A DNA stretch of 64,000 nucleotides, taken from contig OZ252299.1 in NCBI GenBank assembly GCA_965250285.1, positions 5,216,001 through 5,280,000 on the forward strand, given 5' to 3'. Source of the stretch: Myxococcota bacterium (GTDB lineage Bacteria > Myxococcota_A > UBA9160 > UBA4427). Position numbers and translations under genes: made by a program. Shown here piece after piece: positions 1-9,283 of this stretch. The first letter of the stretch is position 1; each line of letters begins with the position of its first letter. Below the pieces are notes generated by a model, which was given only the letters and a program-made list of their open reading frames with translations, did no database searches and was not told the DNA's origin.

Positions 1-48
1 GGGAGCCGCAATGACGGCGCACCTCTTTCCCCCAGAGAGCCGGAATCC

Positions 49-876
49 ATGTCGAATCGTCGTGCCACACGTCTTCTTCTCTCGACCCTCATCGCCCTGT
101 CGATCTGCGTGCCCGGCGTGGCCGCTGCCGACTGGACGATCTACCTCGCAGGTCATCTCGGGATCGCGACGGGCAAGGGTGAGGTCTCGGGCGTCAACGC
201 GGGCGCGGTCGCGTTCGACGACGACGACCGCGACTCGGCGCCCATGATGTCGGGCTCGGTGGGGCTCGCCGTTCCGATGAACGAGCTCATGGCCTGGCAG
301 CTGCCTTACGGGCTCGAGCTGCCCGACTGGTCGGTGCGCCCCGAGTTCGAAGTGACGGGTCTGCGCGACTTCGAGTACACGACGCTCCTGAATGAAGGCG
401 CGACGTTCGACGACGTCTGGGTCTCGAACAGCTCGTCGCTGTCGATGATGGTGAACACCTGGTTCGACGTTCCTACGACGATCCTCACCCGCCCGCTCGC
501 CTGGACGCTCCAGACCCGCAAGACGACGATGAACCGAATCCTCGACCCGATCACCTTCTACGCGGGCGCCGGCGTCGGCGCGGCGAAGCTCGAGGTCAGC
601 GCCATCAGCACGTTCCCGGAGCAGGCGCGTGGCAACGACTGGAAGTTTGCCTGGCAGGTGGGCTCGGGTTTCGGCTACCGGCTCACGCCCTACGTGACGG
701 TCGATCTCGGCTATCGCTTCTTCAAGACCCGCGAGGCCGACCTCGAGCTGCTCGACGCCGGCGGCAACCCGGTGGACGGCAGCGCCTTCGGCCTGACCGA
801 GCGGGTGCACGAGTTCCGCGCCGGTCTTCGGGTGAACGTCTGGTCGTTCACGAGCCCGTGGGAGCGTCTCGAGTAG
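49..876 (+). CDS. Outer-membrane beta-barrel protein (opacity/OmpA-like transmembrane family)
   Basis: Signal peptide; 'FYAGAGVGAA', 'FAWQVGSGFGYRLTPYVTVDLGYRF' and 'HEFRAGLRV' are typical 8-stranded barrel motifs. Confidence 0.8.
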   Translation: MSNRRATRLLLSTLIALSICVPGVAAADWTIYLAGHLGIATGKGEVSGVNAGAVAFDDDDRDSAPMMSGSVGLAVPMNELMAWQLPYGLELPDWSVRPEFEVTGLRDFEYTTLLNEGATFDDVWVSNSSSLSMMVNTWFDVPTTILTRPLAWTLQTRKTTMNRILDPITFYAGAGVGAAKLEVSAISTFPEQARGNDWKFAWQVGSGFGYRLTPYVTVDLGYRFFKTREADLELLDAGGNPVDGSAFGLTERVHEFRAGLRVNVWSFTSPWERLE

Positions 877-992
877 GACGAACCGGCTGGCCGGGGCCGC
901 GCGCGCCCGACCGCAGTCGCCCTCGGTTGGACACCCGATCAGCCGATCCGGTTGCAGCACCCCTTCGCGGGCCTCCCTGCTAGCCTCGGCGC

Positions 993-3308
993 GTGCGCCG
1001 ATCCCCCTTCTTCCAATCCGCGTTTGCGGCCCTGTGCGTGGCGTCTCTGCTCGCCGTCGCGCTCGTCGTCGTGCCATCGACGTCGACCGCGCAGCGTGCT
1101 CGCTCGCCGCGGCTGCGTTCGCCGTCGTCGGCCGAGCAGCCGGTGCGCATGCAGTACAAGGGGGTCGCGATTCAGCGCGTGATTCGCGAGGTCGGCGAGG
1201 CGACCGACACGCGGATCGTGTTCGGCGATGATGTTCGGGGTGTCATCACGATCTCGGTGCCGAAGCCGGTCAGCCACGACGAGGCGCTCGCGCTGCTCGA
1301 CGCCGCCCTGCAGCTCAAGGGCTATGCGCGCGTGCCCGCCGGCGGCGATGCGACCAAAATCGTGCCGATCACGCAGACGGCGACCGACGCCGAGTTCGTC
1401 GTGCGAGACCTCGAAGACGAGAGCGAACGTGCGATCACGACGCTCGTGACGCTCGACTTCGCGTCGGTCGACGAGGTCGTCGAGACGATCCAGCCGCTCG
1501 CGCCGTCGAATGGCGCGATCGTCGCGTACGAGCCGACCAACTCCATCGTCATCTCGGGCACCGAAGCGGCTCTCGGTCGGCTGATCTCAGTGGCGCGGGC
1601 ACTCGACGCCGCTGCGGCCGAGCGCTTGTGGGCTCGGGTCATCCGCTACCGGGACGTCTCCGAAGTCGTGACGGTCGCTGAGATCGCGCTCAACGAGGGT
1701 TGGAACGAAGCCAACCAGATCGAGTTCTTCGCGGATGAGCGCACGAACCTGCTCCTCGCCCGCGCGCCGCAGGATCGGCTCGACGAGCTGCGCGCCTTCA
1801 TCGAAGAGTTCGATCGATTCGAGGCCGGCACAGGCACGCTGCACGTCGTTCGCGTTCTGAACCGAGACGCCGACGAGATCGTCGAGATCATCGGAGCGCT
1901 GCAGTCCGGGGCGGCGCGCGACGACGGGCGCCAGACGCGCCGAGACAGACCGCGCAACGACCTCGAGCCCGAGACGCCGAGCCGGCTGCCCACGTCGGAG
2001 ACCGCGAGGAGCCTCGAAGGCCTGCAGTTCGCGTTGACGTCCGACCCGCCCTCTCGCTCGATCATCATTCAGGCGGCGCAGGCCGAGGCGCAGATCGTCG
2101 CCGACATGATCGCCGAGCTCGACAAGATTTCGCCGCGCGTCGCCGTCGAGATCTTCTACTACGAAGTGCAGCGGCCGAGCAGCTTCCTGATGTCGCTCGA
2201 CTTCGTCGGCACGGTGAATCCGGGTGGCAACGACGACCGGGCCATTCGCGTCCAGTCGATCCCGGGCAGCGGGACGACCGAACCCGACCCTCAGAATCGC
2301 GGCGTTTTCGGTCGGGTCTCGGGCTCGCCGCTTCAGGTGCCCTTCGAGAACCCGATCACCGGTGAGACCGAGGTGCTCGAGTTCCCTTCGAATGAAGCGG
2401 CGATCAACGCTTCGGAGACCGGCATCACCATCGCGCTGGTCAGCCGGCCTTCGCTCACCGTCTTGTCGGGTGACGAGCACGAGCTCTTCATTGGCAACAA
2501 CGTGCCGATCCCGATCTCGAGCAACCCGACGGCGGCGGTGACGAATGACGACGGAACGACCACGCAGGGCACGATCAACCCGCTGATCCAGCAGCAGACG
2601 ATCGAACGACAGGATGTCGGCGTCACGTTGCGACTTCGGCCGATCGTCGGGGAAGAGGGCGACATCCAGCTGGGTTTGACGTTCGAGATCTCGGACGTCG
2701 TGCCATCGGCGGTCGGGCTGCCTGCCTTGGAGGTCGGCGTCACGCTGTCACAACGCACGGTCGAGTCGAATGCGTCTCTGAGGCCCGGCGAGAACCTGGT
2801 GGTGGGGATGGCGGAGGATCAGGCGACGCGAGAGTCGAAGTTCGGCGTGCCGTTCCTGATGGACATCCCCGGGCTCGGCTTGTTCTTCTCGCGGATCGAA
2901 GAGCAGGTCGTCGATACACGCATCATCATCGCTGCGCGGGCGCGGCTGCTGAGGTCGCCCGCCGACGACGTCGCCGAGTCGATCCGCCGTCGGCTCGCTT
3001 TCGAGCGATCGATCTCTCGGGTGAACGACATCGAGAAGCTGCCGAATCGCCCTTGGGCCGTACGTCTCGCGACCTTCGAGCAGCGCTCGTCGGCGCGTAC
3101 GGTGGCCGATGCGTTCGACGAAGACGGGTACGTCACCCGCGTATCGCGGTGGGAGGGCTCGGACGGCTTGCCCTATTGGGACGTCTACCTGATCGGGTAT
3201 GGCGACTACCAGACGGCTTCGATCGTCGCGATGCAGGCAGCCGAGGCGGATTGGGATGGCGAAGTGCTGATGGTGCCCGCGATCAACGAGCTGGCGCCGC
3301 AGGAATAG
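993..3308 (+). CDS. gspD: Type II secretion-like secretin (GspD family) with C-terminal SPOR-like domain
   Basis: Signal peptide, N0/N-domain repeats ('YEPTNSIVISG', 'ADERTNLLL'), secretin core ('IERQDVGVTLRLRP', 'GVPFLMDIPGLGLFF'), C-terminal 'WAVRLATF...A...F...GY'. Confidence 0.8.
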   Translation: MRRSPFFQSAFAALCVASLLAVALVVVPSTSTAQRARSPRLRSPSSAEQPVRMQYKGVAIQRVIREVGEATDTRIVFGDDVRGVITISVPKPVSHDEALALLDAALQLKGYARVPAGGDATKIVPITQTATDAEFVVRDLEDESERAITTLVTLDFASVDEVVETIQPLAPSNGAIVAYEPTNSIVISGTEAALGRLISVARALDAAAAERLWARVIRYRDVSEVVTVAEIALNEGWNEANQIEFFADERTNLLLARAPQDRLDELRAFIEEFDRFEAGTGTLHVVRVLNRDADEIVEIIGALQSGAARDDGRQTRRDRPRNDLEPETPSRLPTSETARSLEGLQFALTSDPPSRSIIIQAAQAEAQIVADMIAELDKISPRVAVEIFYYEVQRPSSFLMSLDFVGTVNPGGNDDRAIRVQSIPGSGTTEPDPQNRGVFGRVSGSPLQVPFENPITGETEVLEFPSNEAAINASETGITIALVSRPSLTVLSGDEHELFIGNNVPIPISSNPTAAVTNDDGTTTQGTINPLIQQQTIERQDVGVTLRLRPIVGEEGDIQLGLTFEISDVVPSAVGLPALEVGVTLSQRTVESNASLRPGENLVVGMAEDQATRESKFGVPFLMDIPGLGLFFSRIEEQVVDTRIIIAARARLLRSPADDVAESIRRRLAFERSISRVNDIEKLPNRPWAVRLATFEQRSSARTVADAFDEDGYVTRVSRWEGSDGLPYWDVYLIGYGDYQTASIVAMQAAEADWDGEVLMVPAINELAPQE

Positions 3309-4251
3309 CGGCAGGGGCTCGTTCCGCGTGAACGTGCGCCGCGGCAACCGGACGGGCGAGCTCGCCCGAGACCACGCCGCGCTCGTCGACGCGGAGGTTC
3401 GGCAGGCCCAGAGCGTCGAGCCAGTCTGCGCCGGCATCCCCCTTCAGCAAGGCGATGGTGGTCGCGCTGCCGGCGATCACGCACTTGGGTGCCACGACCG
3501 TCGCCGACCGCAGGCCCTCGACCGGCCAGCCGGTACGGGGATCGAGCAGGTGTGCATAGCGCCGGCCATCGACCATCATGAATCGCTCGTAGTCGCCGCT
3601 CGTCGTGATGCCTCCGTCGAAGAGGGCGACGGCGGCGATCGCGCGTTCGGGCGCGCGCGGGTCGCGAATGCCGACGCGCCAGGGCTCGCCGTTCGGCCGG
3701 GGGCCGATCACACGGATGTCACCGCCGAGGTCGACGAGGCCGCTCTCTGCACCGAGTAGCCGCGCCACCTCGGCCACGCGATCGGCAGCGTACTCCTTGA
3801 CGACGCCCCCGAAGTCGAGCTGCATCCCCGGTCGTTCGAGGACGAGATGCGGACGCTCCCAGCGAACGTGCTGCCAGCCGACCCGTTCTAGGACCCGCTT
3901 CACCTGGGCCTCTTCGGGGAGGCGCCCCGACTTGAAGTCCCAACACTCGCGAAGCACGCCCGCGGTCAGATCGAAGAGCCCGTCGCTCTCGTGCCACACG
4001 GTCTCGGCATAGTCGAGGAGCGCCGCCGTCTCGTCATCGACGGTGATGCCCTGCGCGTCACCGGCACTGCGATCGATGGCAGCGGTGAGGCTGTCGTCGC
4101 GAAATCGAGAATATTTGCGCTCGAGCCGTTCGACCTCGGCATGGAGTCGGTCGGCGAGGCGTTCGTTGATCTCGGGGGCATCGCCGTGGAGCTGGATCTC
4201 GCATGGACTTCCCATGGCGCGAAAGCGAAAGCGCGAGAGTCCCCCCATCAT
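3283..4251 (-). CDS. apbE: FAD:protein FMN transferase (ApbE family)
   Basis: 'FRAMGS', 'GLFDLT', 'LDFGGVVKEYAAD', 'DLGGDI', 'TSGDYER', 'HLLDPRTGWP'; start chosen at the ATG just after the DUF3570 stop. Confidence 0.92.
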   Translation of the reverse strand: MMGGLSRFRFRAMGSPCEIQLHGDAPEINERLADRLHAEVERLERKYSRFRDDSLTAAIDRSAGDAQGITVDDETAALLDYAETVWHESDGLFDLTAGVLRECWDFKSGRLPEEAQVKRVLERVGWQHVRWERPHLVLERPGMQLDFGGVVKEYAADRVAEVARLLGAESGLVDLGGDIRVIGPRPNGEPWRVGIRDPRAPERAIAAVALFDGGITTSGDYERFMMVDGRRYAHLLDPRTGWPVEGLRSATVVAPKCVIAGSATTIALLKGDAGADWLDALGLPNLRVDERGVVSGELARPVAAAHVHAERAPAAIPAAPAR

Positions 4252-4253
4252 CG

Positions 4254-5555
4254 TCAGAATCGACCGCTGATTCGGCCCGACAGAAGCCCCCAACGCACGA
4301 GGCCGGGGTTGGCGACGGATACCGGCTGAAGCGCGAACTTCGCCTCGCTCCAGTAGTAGTCGTACCCGATGCTCATCTGCCAGACGGCCCATTTCGTCAG
4401 CCGATCGAAGTTGCCGACGAAGCGGACACCCGCCTGGACCGCGCCGAAGGGCGACAGTCGATAGTCGCTCGAGTAGAATTCCTGGTTGCGCGTCTCGAGA
4501 TAGGGGGCGTAGAAGAACGGCTGGCTCTGGCTGTAGTAACGCGCCGACGGCACGAACTGAAATCGGTCGCCCATGGGCTGGTACCAGGCGGTCGTGATCG
4601 CGAGCGATCGCACGTCCCAGCTGTCGAAATAGCCCTGCACGTCGAGGTGCCACGCTGCTTCGGGGCCGCTGAAGAACTGTCGGTAGCGCGCGAGCAGCGT
4701 GTGCTGGTTTCGGGTCTCGGGGCGCGTGTCGTTGCCGCGCTGGTCGACGGCCGCCCAGAAGTAGAAATCCTTGTAGGGATCGCTCAGGAAGCCCGCGTTG
4801 TTCTTGTACGTGTAGCCGAGCTGTACGACGGCCGAGCGCGAGAGCAACTGAGAGATGCTCGCCGACACGGTCCGCGTCTTCTTGTCGTACTCGTCCTCGC
4901 GGTCGTGGATCTGCGCGTCGGTCGGGCGGATCGTGTCCCACGAGAACGCCATGCTGCCCGCGAGCGTCGTGTTCTTGTCGTTGTAGCTGCGCTCGGCCGA
5001 GAAGCCGAAGTTGCCCGAGCCGTAGTCGTTCTCGGTCGAGAAGCCGCCCGACATCGAGAGCCGACCGCGGTCGAAGTAGTGGTTGACCGAGAACTGCCCG
5101 TCGACGCGCTGGTCTTCGATCGTGGCGCCGGTCATGGCGGCGACCGGTCGGCCCGACGGATCATCGACGCCCGGCGCATCGAACGCCGGCAGCACGTACC
5201 AGGGGCTGGCGCCCGACATCGTCTCGAAGGTCAGGTCGACGCTCACGTCGATCTGGCTCGTGACGGGCGCGAGGACGTTCAGCTGGTAGGCCTGGATGCT
5301 GAAGCGTTCGTTGCTGCCGCAGAGCTCGCCGGCGCAGTTGTAGTCGCTGATGTCGGCTTCTTTGTACCAGGAGCCCGAGAAGTCGGCCTGCCAGGCATCG
5401 GTCGGCGCATCGGCATGCGCGACCGGCGCGAGCCCGGCGAGACCCGGCAGCGCGAGCGCGCTCTTGGTGAGCGTCTCGAGCGTCCGGTTCTTCGGCTTCC
5501 TCGAGGCAGTCTGCGACGCGTCAGCGTCGCCGGTTGTCCGTTCGTCTAGTTGCAC
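4254..5555 (-). CDS. DUF3570-family outer-membrane beta-barrel protein with two candidate flavinylation motifs
   Basis: 'MSGASP', 'STENDY', 'GFLSDPYK', 'RYYSQSQPFFY', 'YSSDYRLSPF', C-terminal Phe; context between apbE and DUF4266. Confidence 0.85.
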   Translation of the reverse strand: MQLDERTTGDADASQTASRKPKNRTLETLTKSALALPGLAGLAPVAHADAPTDAWQADFSGSWYKEADISDYNCAGELCGSNERFSIQAYQLNVLAPVTSQIDVSVDLTFETMSGASPWYVLPAFDAPGVDDPSGRPVAAMTGATIEDQRVDGQFSVNHYFDRGRLSMSGGFSTENDYGSGNFGFSAERSYNDKNTTLAGSMAFSWDTIRPTDAQIHDREDEYDKKTRTVSASISQLLSRSAVVQLGYTYKNNAGFLSDPYKDFYFWAAVDQRGNDTRPETRNQHTLLARYRQFFSGPEAAWHLDVQGYFDSWDVRSLAITTAWYQPMGDRFQFVPSARYYSQSQPFFYAPYLETRNQEFYSSDYRLSPFGAVQAGVRFVGNFDRLTKWAVWQMSIGYDYYWSEAKFALQPVSVANPGLVRWGLLSGRISGRF

Positions 5556-5773
5556 CCGCAGCCGCCTCCGCCGGCCGCCGTGCCCGGCATCGTTGCTTCC
5601 TTACTGAACTGGATGTGGCCCTGCAGTGCGGTGCGCTGCGGATCGAAGTCGAACTGCATGTCCTGACGTGCGAGATCGGCGCGCTGCCACGGCTTGACGC
5701 GCATGCAGCCGACGCTCGAAGCGACGAAGCACACGACCAGGGTGACGAGCGCGATGCGAGTGAACCGGGCCAT
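5546..5773 (-). CDS. DUF4266-family small lipoprotein
   Basis: Lipobox-like 'SVGC', 'VKPWQRADLA', C-terminal 'GGGGCGCN'; TAATG coupling with the upstream TlpA gene. Confidence 0.9.
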   Translation of the reverse strand: MARFTRIALVTLVVCFVASSVGCMRVKPWQRADLARQDMQFDFDPQRTALQGHIQFSKEATMPGTAAGGGGCGCN

Positions 5774-6306
5774 TACTTCTTCTTCCGGATCAGGCGCGTC
5801 GCCTCGGCCTTGATCTTGTCTGCGTCGCCCTTGTGGTAGCCGCGGTGGACCACGCGTACGACGCCATTCTGGTCGATGAGATACGACGTGGGCATCGTCT
5901 CGAGGCCGAACTGCTCGGGCAGCTTGCCTTCGGGATCGGATGCGCTCGGGTAGCCGACGGGCTTCTTTTCGAGGAAGCGCAGCGCCTTCTTCGGCTTCTC
6001 GTCGATGTTGATCGCGACGATCTGAAACTTCGACGCCGGCATCTGCTTGCGAAGCTCTTCGAGCTCGGGGAGCGATGTCAGACACGGCGGACACCAGGAG
6101 GCCCAGAAGTCGACGTACACGACCTTGCCGCGATAATCGGAGAGCTTGACTTCGCCCTTGCCGTCGAGTGCAGGCAGATCGAACGCCGGCGCACGATCGC
6201 CCGCTTCGAGTGCGAGTGCGGTCGGAGCGGCGAGCAGCAGGCCCGTCAGCGCAGCAGAGAACGTGAGCAGGACGCGAGCGCCCGAGCGGGGGGTGCGGTT
6301 CTTCAT
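5773..6306 (-). CDS. TlpA-family periplasmic thioredoxin-like disulfide reductase
   Basis: Signal peptide, 'DFWASWCPPC', 'MPTSYLID'. Confidence 0.92.
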   Translation of the reverse strand: MKNRTPRSGARVLLTFSAALTGLLLAAPTALALEAGDRAPAFDLPALDGKGEVKLSDYRGKVVYVDFWASWCPPCLTSLPELEELRKQMPASKFQIVAINIDEKPKKALRFLEKKPVGYPSASDPEGKLPEQFGLETMPTSYLIDQNGVVRVVHRGYHKGDADKIKAEATRLIRKKK

Positions 6307-6400
6307 CGAGGTGGCTCCCATCTGATCGTGATCCGGTGGACCTCGCCGAGTCGCCGCACTCGAAGCTTCGAGCCGAGCAGACGGGCGGGGCCCGCAGGCC

Positions 6401-8854
6401 TCACGTGGACTTCTTCGGCCCGCCGAGCGCTTCGGTTGATGCCCGTGTGGGTCCCCCCGCGGCAGCGTGCCGGAGGGCCTCGACGACGCCGCCCGGGCTG
6501 AGGATCTCGGGGAGCACGACCGGGGCCGCGGGCGAGGCGGGGTCGTAGACGAGGTACATCGGGACGCCGGCGCGGCCGTGCTTCGCAAGCTCGAGCCGGA
6601 TGCCCTCGTCGCGCTGGGTCCAGTCGGCCTTGAATCGTGCGAAGCCCAGTCGATTCAGCTCGCCGCGCACCTCGGGTTGGGCGAGGACCATGCGCTCGTT
6701 CACCTTGCAGGTAATGCACCAGTCGGCCGAGAACGCGACGAAGACCGGCTGACCCGCTGCGAGGGCGGCGTCGATGTCGGCGGGCGCGAAGTCGCGCCAG
6801 CCTGCTTCGCCCGCCAGCGGATCATCCGAGGGGCTCGCCCCGCGCGCTTCCGGGGCGGCTTGCGAGTCGACGGCCACGACGTTCAGCCCGCCAAAGGCGA
6901 TCACGATCACGGCCCCCGCGGCGAAGAGCGCGAGGCGACCTCGCCCGGCGTGCTGCAATGCGCCCAGTAGCCAGAGCCCGAAAGAGAAGAGAAGGAGCAT
7001 CGCCGCGAGCTGTGTCATGCCGTCGACGCCACCGCTCTGGCCGACGATCCACAGCAGCCAGACCACCGTGGCCAGCAGCGCGAAGCCCAGGCCCTTGCGC
7101 AGCTCGACCATCCACGCGCCCGAGCGGGGCACGAAGCGGGCTGCGCCGGGTACGAGCGTCACCAGCAGGAAGGGGGCAGCAAGACCCAGGCCGATCGCGA
7201 GGAAGATCGCGACGACGCCGATCGCTGGGCCCGCGAATGCGAAGCCCACCGCGGTGCCGAGAAACGGCGCAGAGCACGGCGTCGAGAGCACGACGGCGAG
7301 TAGACCCTCGAAGAAGCTGCGCTTCGCGCCGGTCGACTCGCTGCCGACGTCCGCGAGCGCGCCGCCGGTCCACTGAATCTCCCACACGCCGAACAAGTTC
7401 AGTGCGAACGCGACCAGAACGAGGCTGACGGCGGCGATGAAGATGGGGGACTGAAACTGGAAGCCCCAGCCGACCGCGGTGCCAGCGGCACGCAGGCCGA
7501 GGACGACCGCCGCCAGGACGCCCATCGAAGCGAGGATGCCGGCCGTGTACGCGAAGCCGTTCTTGACGACGTCGGCGCGATCGCGCTCGGCGAGCTCGGC
7601 GACCGAGAACACCTTGATCGCGAGCACCGGCAGCACGCAGGGCATGAGGTTGAGGATCAGCCCCCCGATCAGCGCCAGCGCAACGGCCGAGAGCAGCGCG
7701 GCGAGGCTCGGTTCGGTCGAGGTGACGGCTGTCGACGCAGGGGGCGCGGTCTCCGGCGTGATCCAGTGCGCGCCGAGCTCGGTGATCTCGGCCTCGGCCG
7801 GCTGCCAAGGCAGCGGCAGATCGATCTCGTACGCGTGATGCGCCCCGCGTTCGGTTCGCCAGCGGATCAGGCCCGTCAGGCGCACGCCCTCGCGAACCTC
7901 GACGTCGTCATCGGCCTCGAGCCCGTACTGTGCAACGAAGCCTGCGCCGGGTCGCGCATGCAGCGCGCCGCGGTCGAGCAGCACGCCGAGGTCGGCATCG
8001 GGAAGGAAGGCAACGTCCTGCACGGCTTGTGTGGCGTCGCACTCGGCGTCTTCGCCGCAGCCATGCACGGCGATGCCGAGTTCGAGCGCGTCCCCCGGGC
8101 GCACGGCCGACTGGCTGTAGAGCGCCTCGACGACGAGATCGGCCGACTCGGGTGACCCCGGCAGCTCGGCGCGGGTGCGCTCGAGCAGCTCATGCGCGAT
8201 GCGCGCATCGGGTGAGGCCACCAACGCCTCGTCGAACGAGCGCCGCAGGGAGAACTCGGCGGGGATGCACTCCTGCTTGCAGATCAGCAGCTGCGCTTCG
8301 ACCGCGACATCCCGGGGCCCGGCGTGTGCGGGATCGACATACACCGGGTTCTGCAAGGCGACGCGGCCTTCGTAGCCATACGTCGTGAACAGCCCCTCGG
8401 CCTCGTCGAACACTTCGGGCGTCGGCCAGAGGATCGCCCCGACCTCGGCGCCGTCGATCTGCCAGTCGAGGCGCGTGGGGAGGCCCGTATCGCCCGGATT
8501 GCGCCAGTACGTATGCCAGCCAGGATCGAGATCGATCAGCACGGCGACCCAGGCGCGCGTTGCGTCGTCGGGGTCGGGTGCGACGAGCAAGCGCGCCCTC
8601 GCGCGAGGCTCGCCCTGGTGAAAGCCATCCTCGCCCAGGGCCTCGGGCGGTACCGAGGGCGTCGTTCTCGAGAATTCATCCGCCGTGGTGAGCCCGGCCA
8701 CGCTTCCGTCGCCCGCATGGGCCGAGACGGACAGGACGATCGCAGCGACGATCGAGAGAAGTAGAAAGAGAAGGAGGGAACCGAACCCGGCCCGAGCGGC
8801 CGCGGCGAATCGGGTCGCGCGCTTCGTCGATCGTCGATCAGGGGCCGGGCACAT
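6401..8854 (-). CDS. dsbD: DsbD-family thiol:disulfide interchange protein (N-domain, TM domain, thioredoxin domain)
   Basis: 'GWHTYWRNPGDTG', 'CKQECIP', 'LNLMPCVLP', 'TPCSAPFLG', 'ADWCITCK'. Confidence 0.9.
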   Translation of the reverse strand: MCPAPDRRSTKRATRFAAAARAGFGSLLLFLLLSIVAAIVLSVSAHAGDGSVAGLTTADEFSRTTPSVPPEALGEDGFHQGEPRARARLLVAPDPDDATRAWVAVLIDLDPGWHTYWRNPGDTGLPTRLDWQIDGAEVGAILWPTPEVFDEAEGLFTTYGYEGRVALQNPVYVDPAHAGPRDVAVEAQLLICKQECIPAEFSLRRSFDEALVASPDARIAHELLERTRAELPGSPESADLVVEALYSQSAVRPGDALELGIAVHGCGEDAECDATQAVQDVAFLPDADLGVLLDRGALHARPGAGFVAQYGLEADDDVEVREGVRLTGLIRWRTERGAHHAYEIDLPLPWQPAEAEITELGAHWITPETAPPASTAVTSTEPSLAALLSAVALALIGGLILNLMPCVLPVLAIKVFSVAELAERDRADVVKNGFAYTAGILASMGVLAAVVLGLRAAGTAVGWGFQFQSPIFIAAVSLVLVAFALNLFGVWEIQWTGGALADVGSESTGAKRSFFEGLLAVVLSTPCSAPFLGTAVGFAFAGPAIGVVAIFLAIGLGLAAPFLLVTLVPGAARFVPRSGAWMVELRKGLGFALLATVVWLLWIVGQSGGVDGMTQLAAMLLLFSFGLWLLGALQHAGRGRLALFAAGAVIVIAFGGLNVVAVDSQAAPEARGASPSDDPLAGEAGWRDFAPADIDAALAAGQPVFVAFSADWCITCKVNERMVLAQPEVRGELNRLGFARFKADWTQRDEGIRLELAKHGRAGVPMYLVYDPASPAAPVVLPEILSPGGVVEALRHAAAGGPTRASTEALGGPKKST

Positions 8855-9130
8855 GGGGGCTTCGAGCGTCCTCGCGTCTTTCGTGATCCGAATCGCATGA
8901 GCGGGGCGAGTCCGCCCTGGCCCTATCGGTTATCGACGATGCTCGATTTCAACCTGTGACATTTGACCCGAACGCCGCGTTCGGACCGAAGCGATTCGGG
9001 GCCGTCCAGGGCTGCGTCTCGGCTGCGTGCGGATGACGCTGGCCTTCATCGAGGTTTCAACTTCGATGCGATGGCGACGCTTGCACAGCGAGCGGAATAG
9101 AGATCATGCGTCGTAAAAAACACCCATCGG

Positions 9131-9146
9131 TGTGATCTAGATCACC
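9131..9146. promoter_or_regulatory. CRP/FNR-family (CRP-type) binding site
   Basis: TGTGA-TCTAGA-TCACC, 15/16 match to the CRP consensus core, in the divergent dsbD/cytochrome intergenic region. Confidence 0.65.
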
Positions 9147-9283
9147 AGAGAAGGGCCTGCGTCGCCGATGATCCCATCAAGCGCGGTTGCGTTCCGCCGC
9201 GCTTTGGCGGGTGAAGTCACTCGTCGTATCGGCGGGTGGTGGGGCCCGAGTCGAGCAGGTGGATGCAGTGAGGTGCCCACGAG

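Noticed and set aside
4251..4941. N-terminal extension of ApbE in the ORF track (552 aa)
   Set aside because: Overlaps the DUF3570 gene in another frame and is low-complexity; the real start is likely 4251 or 4248
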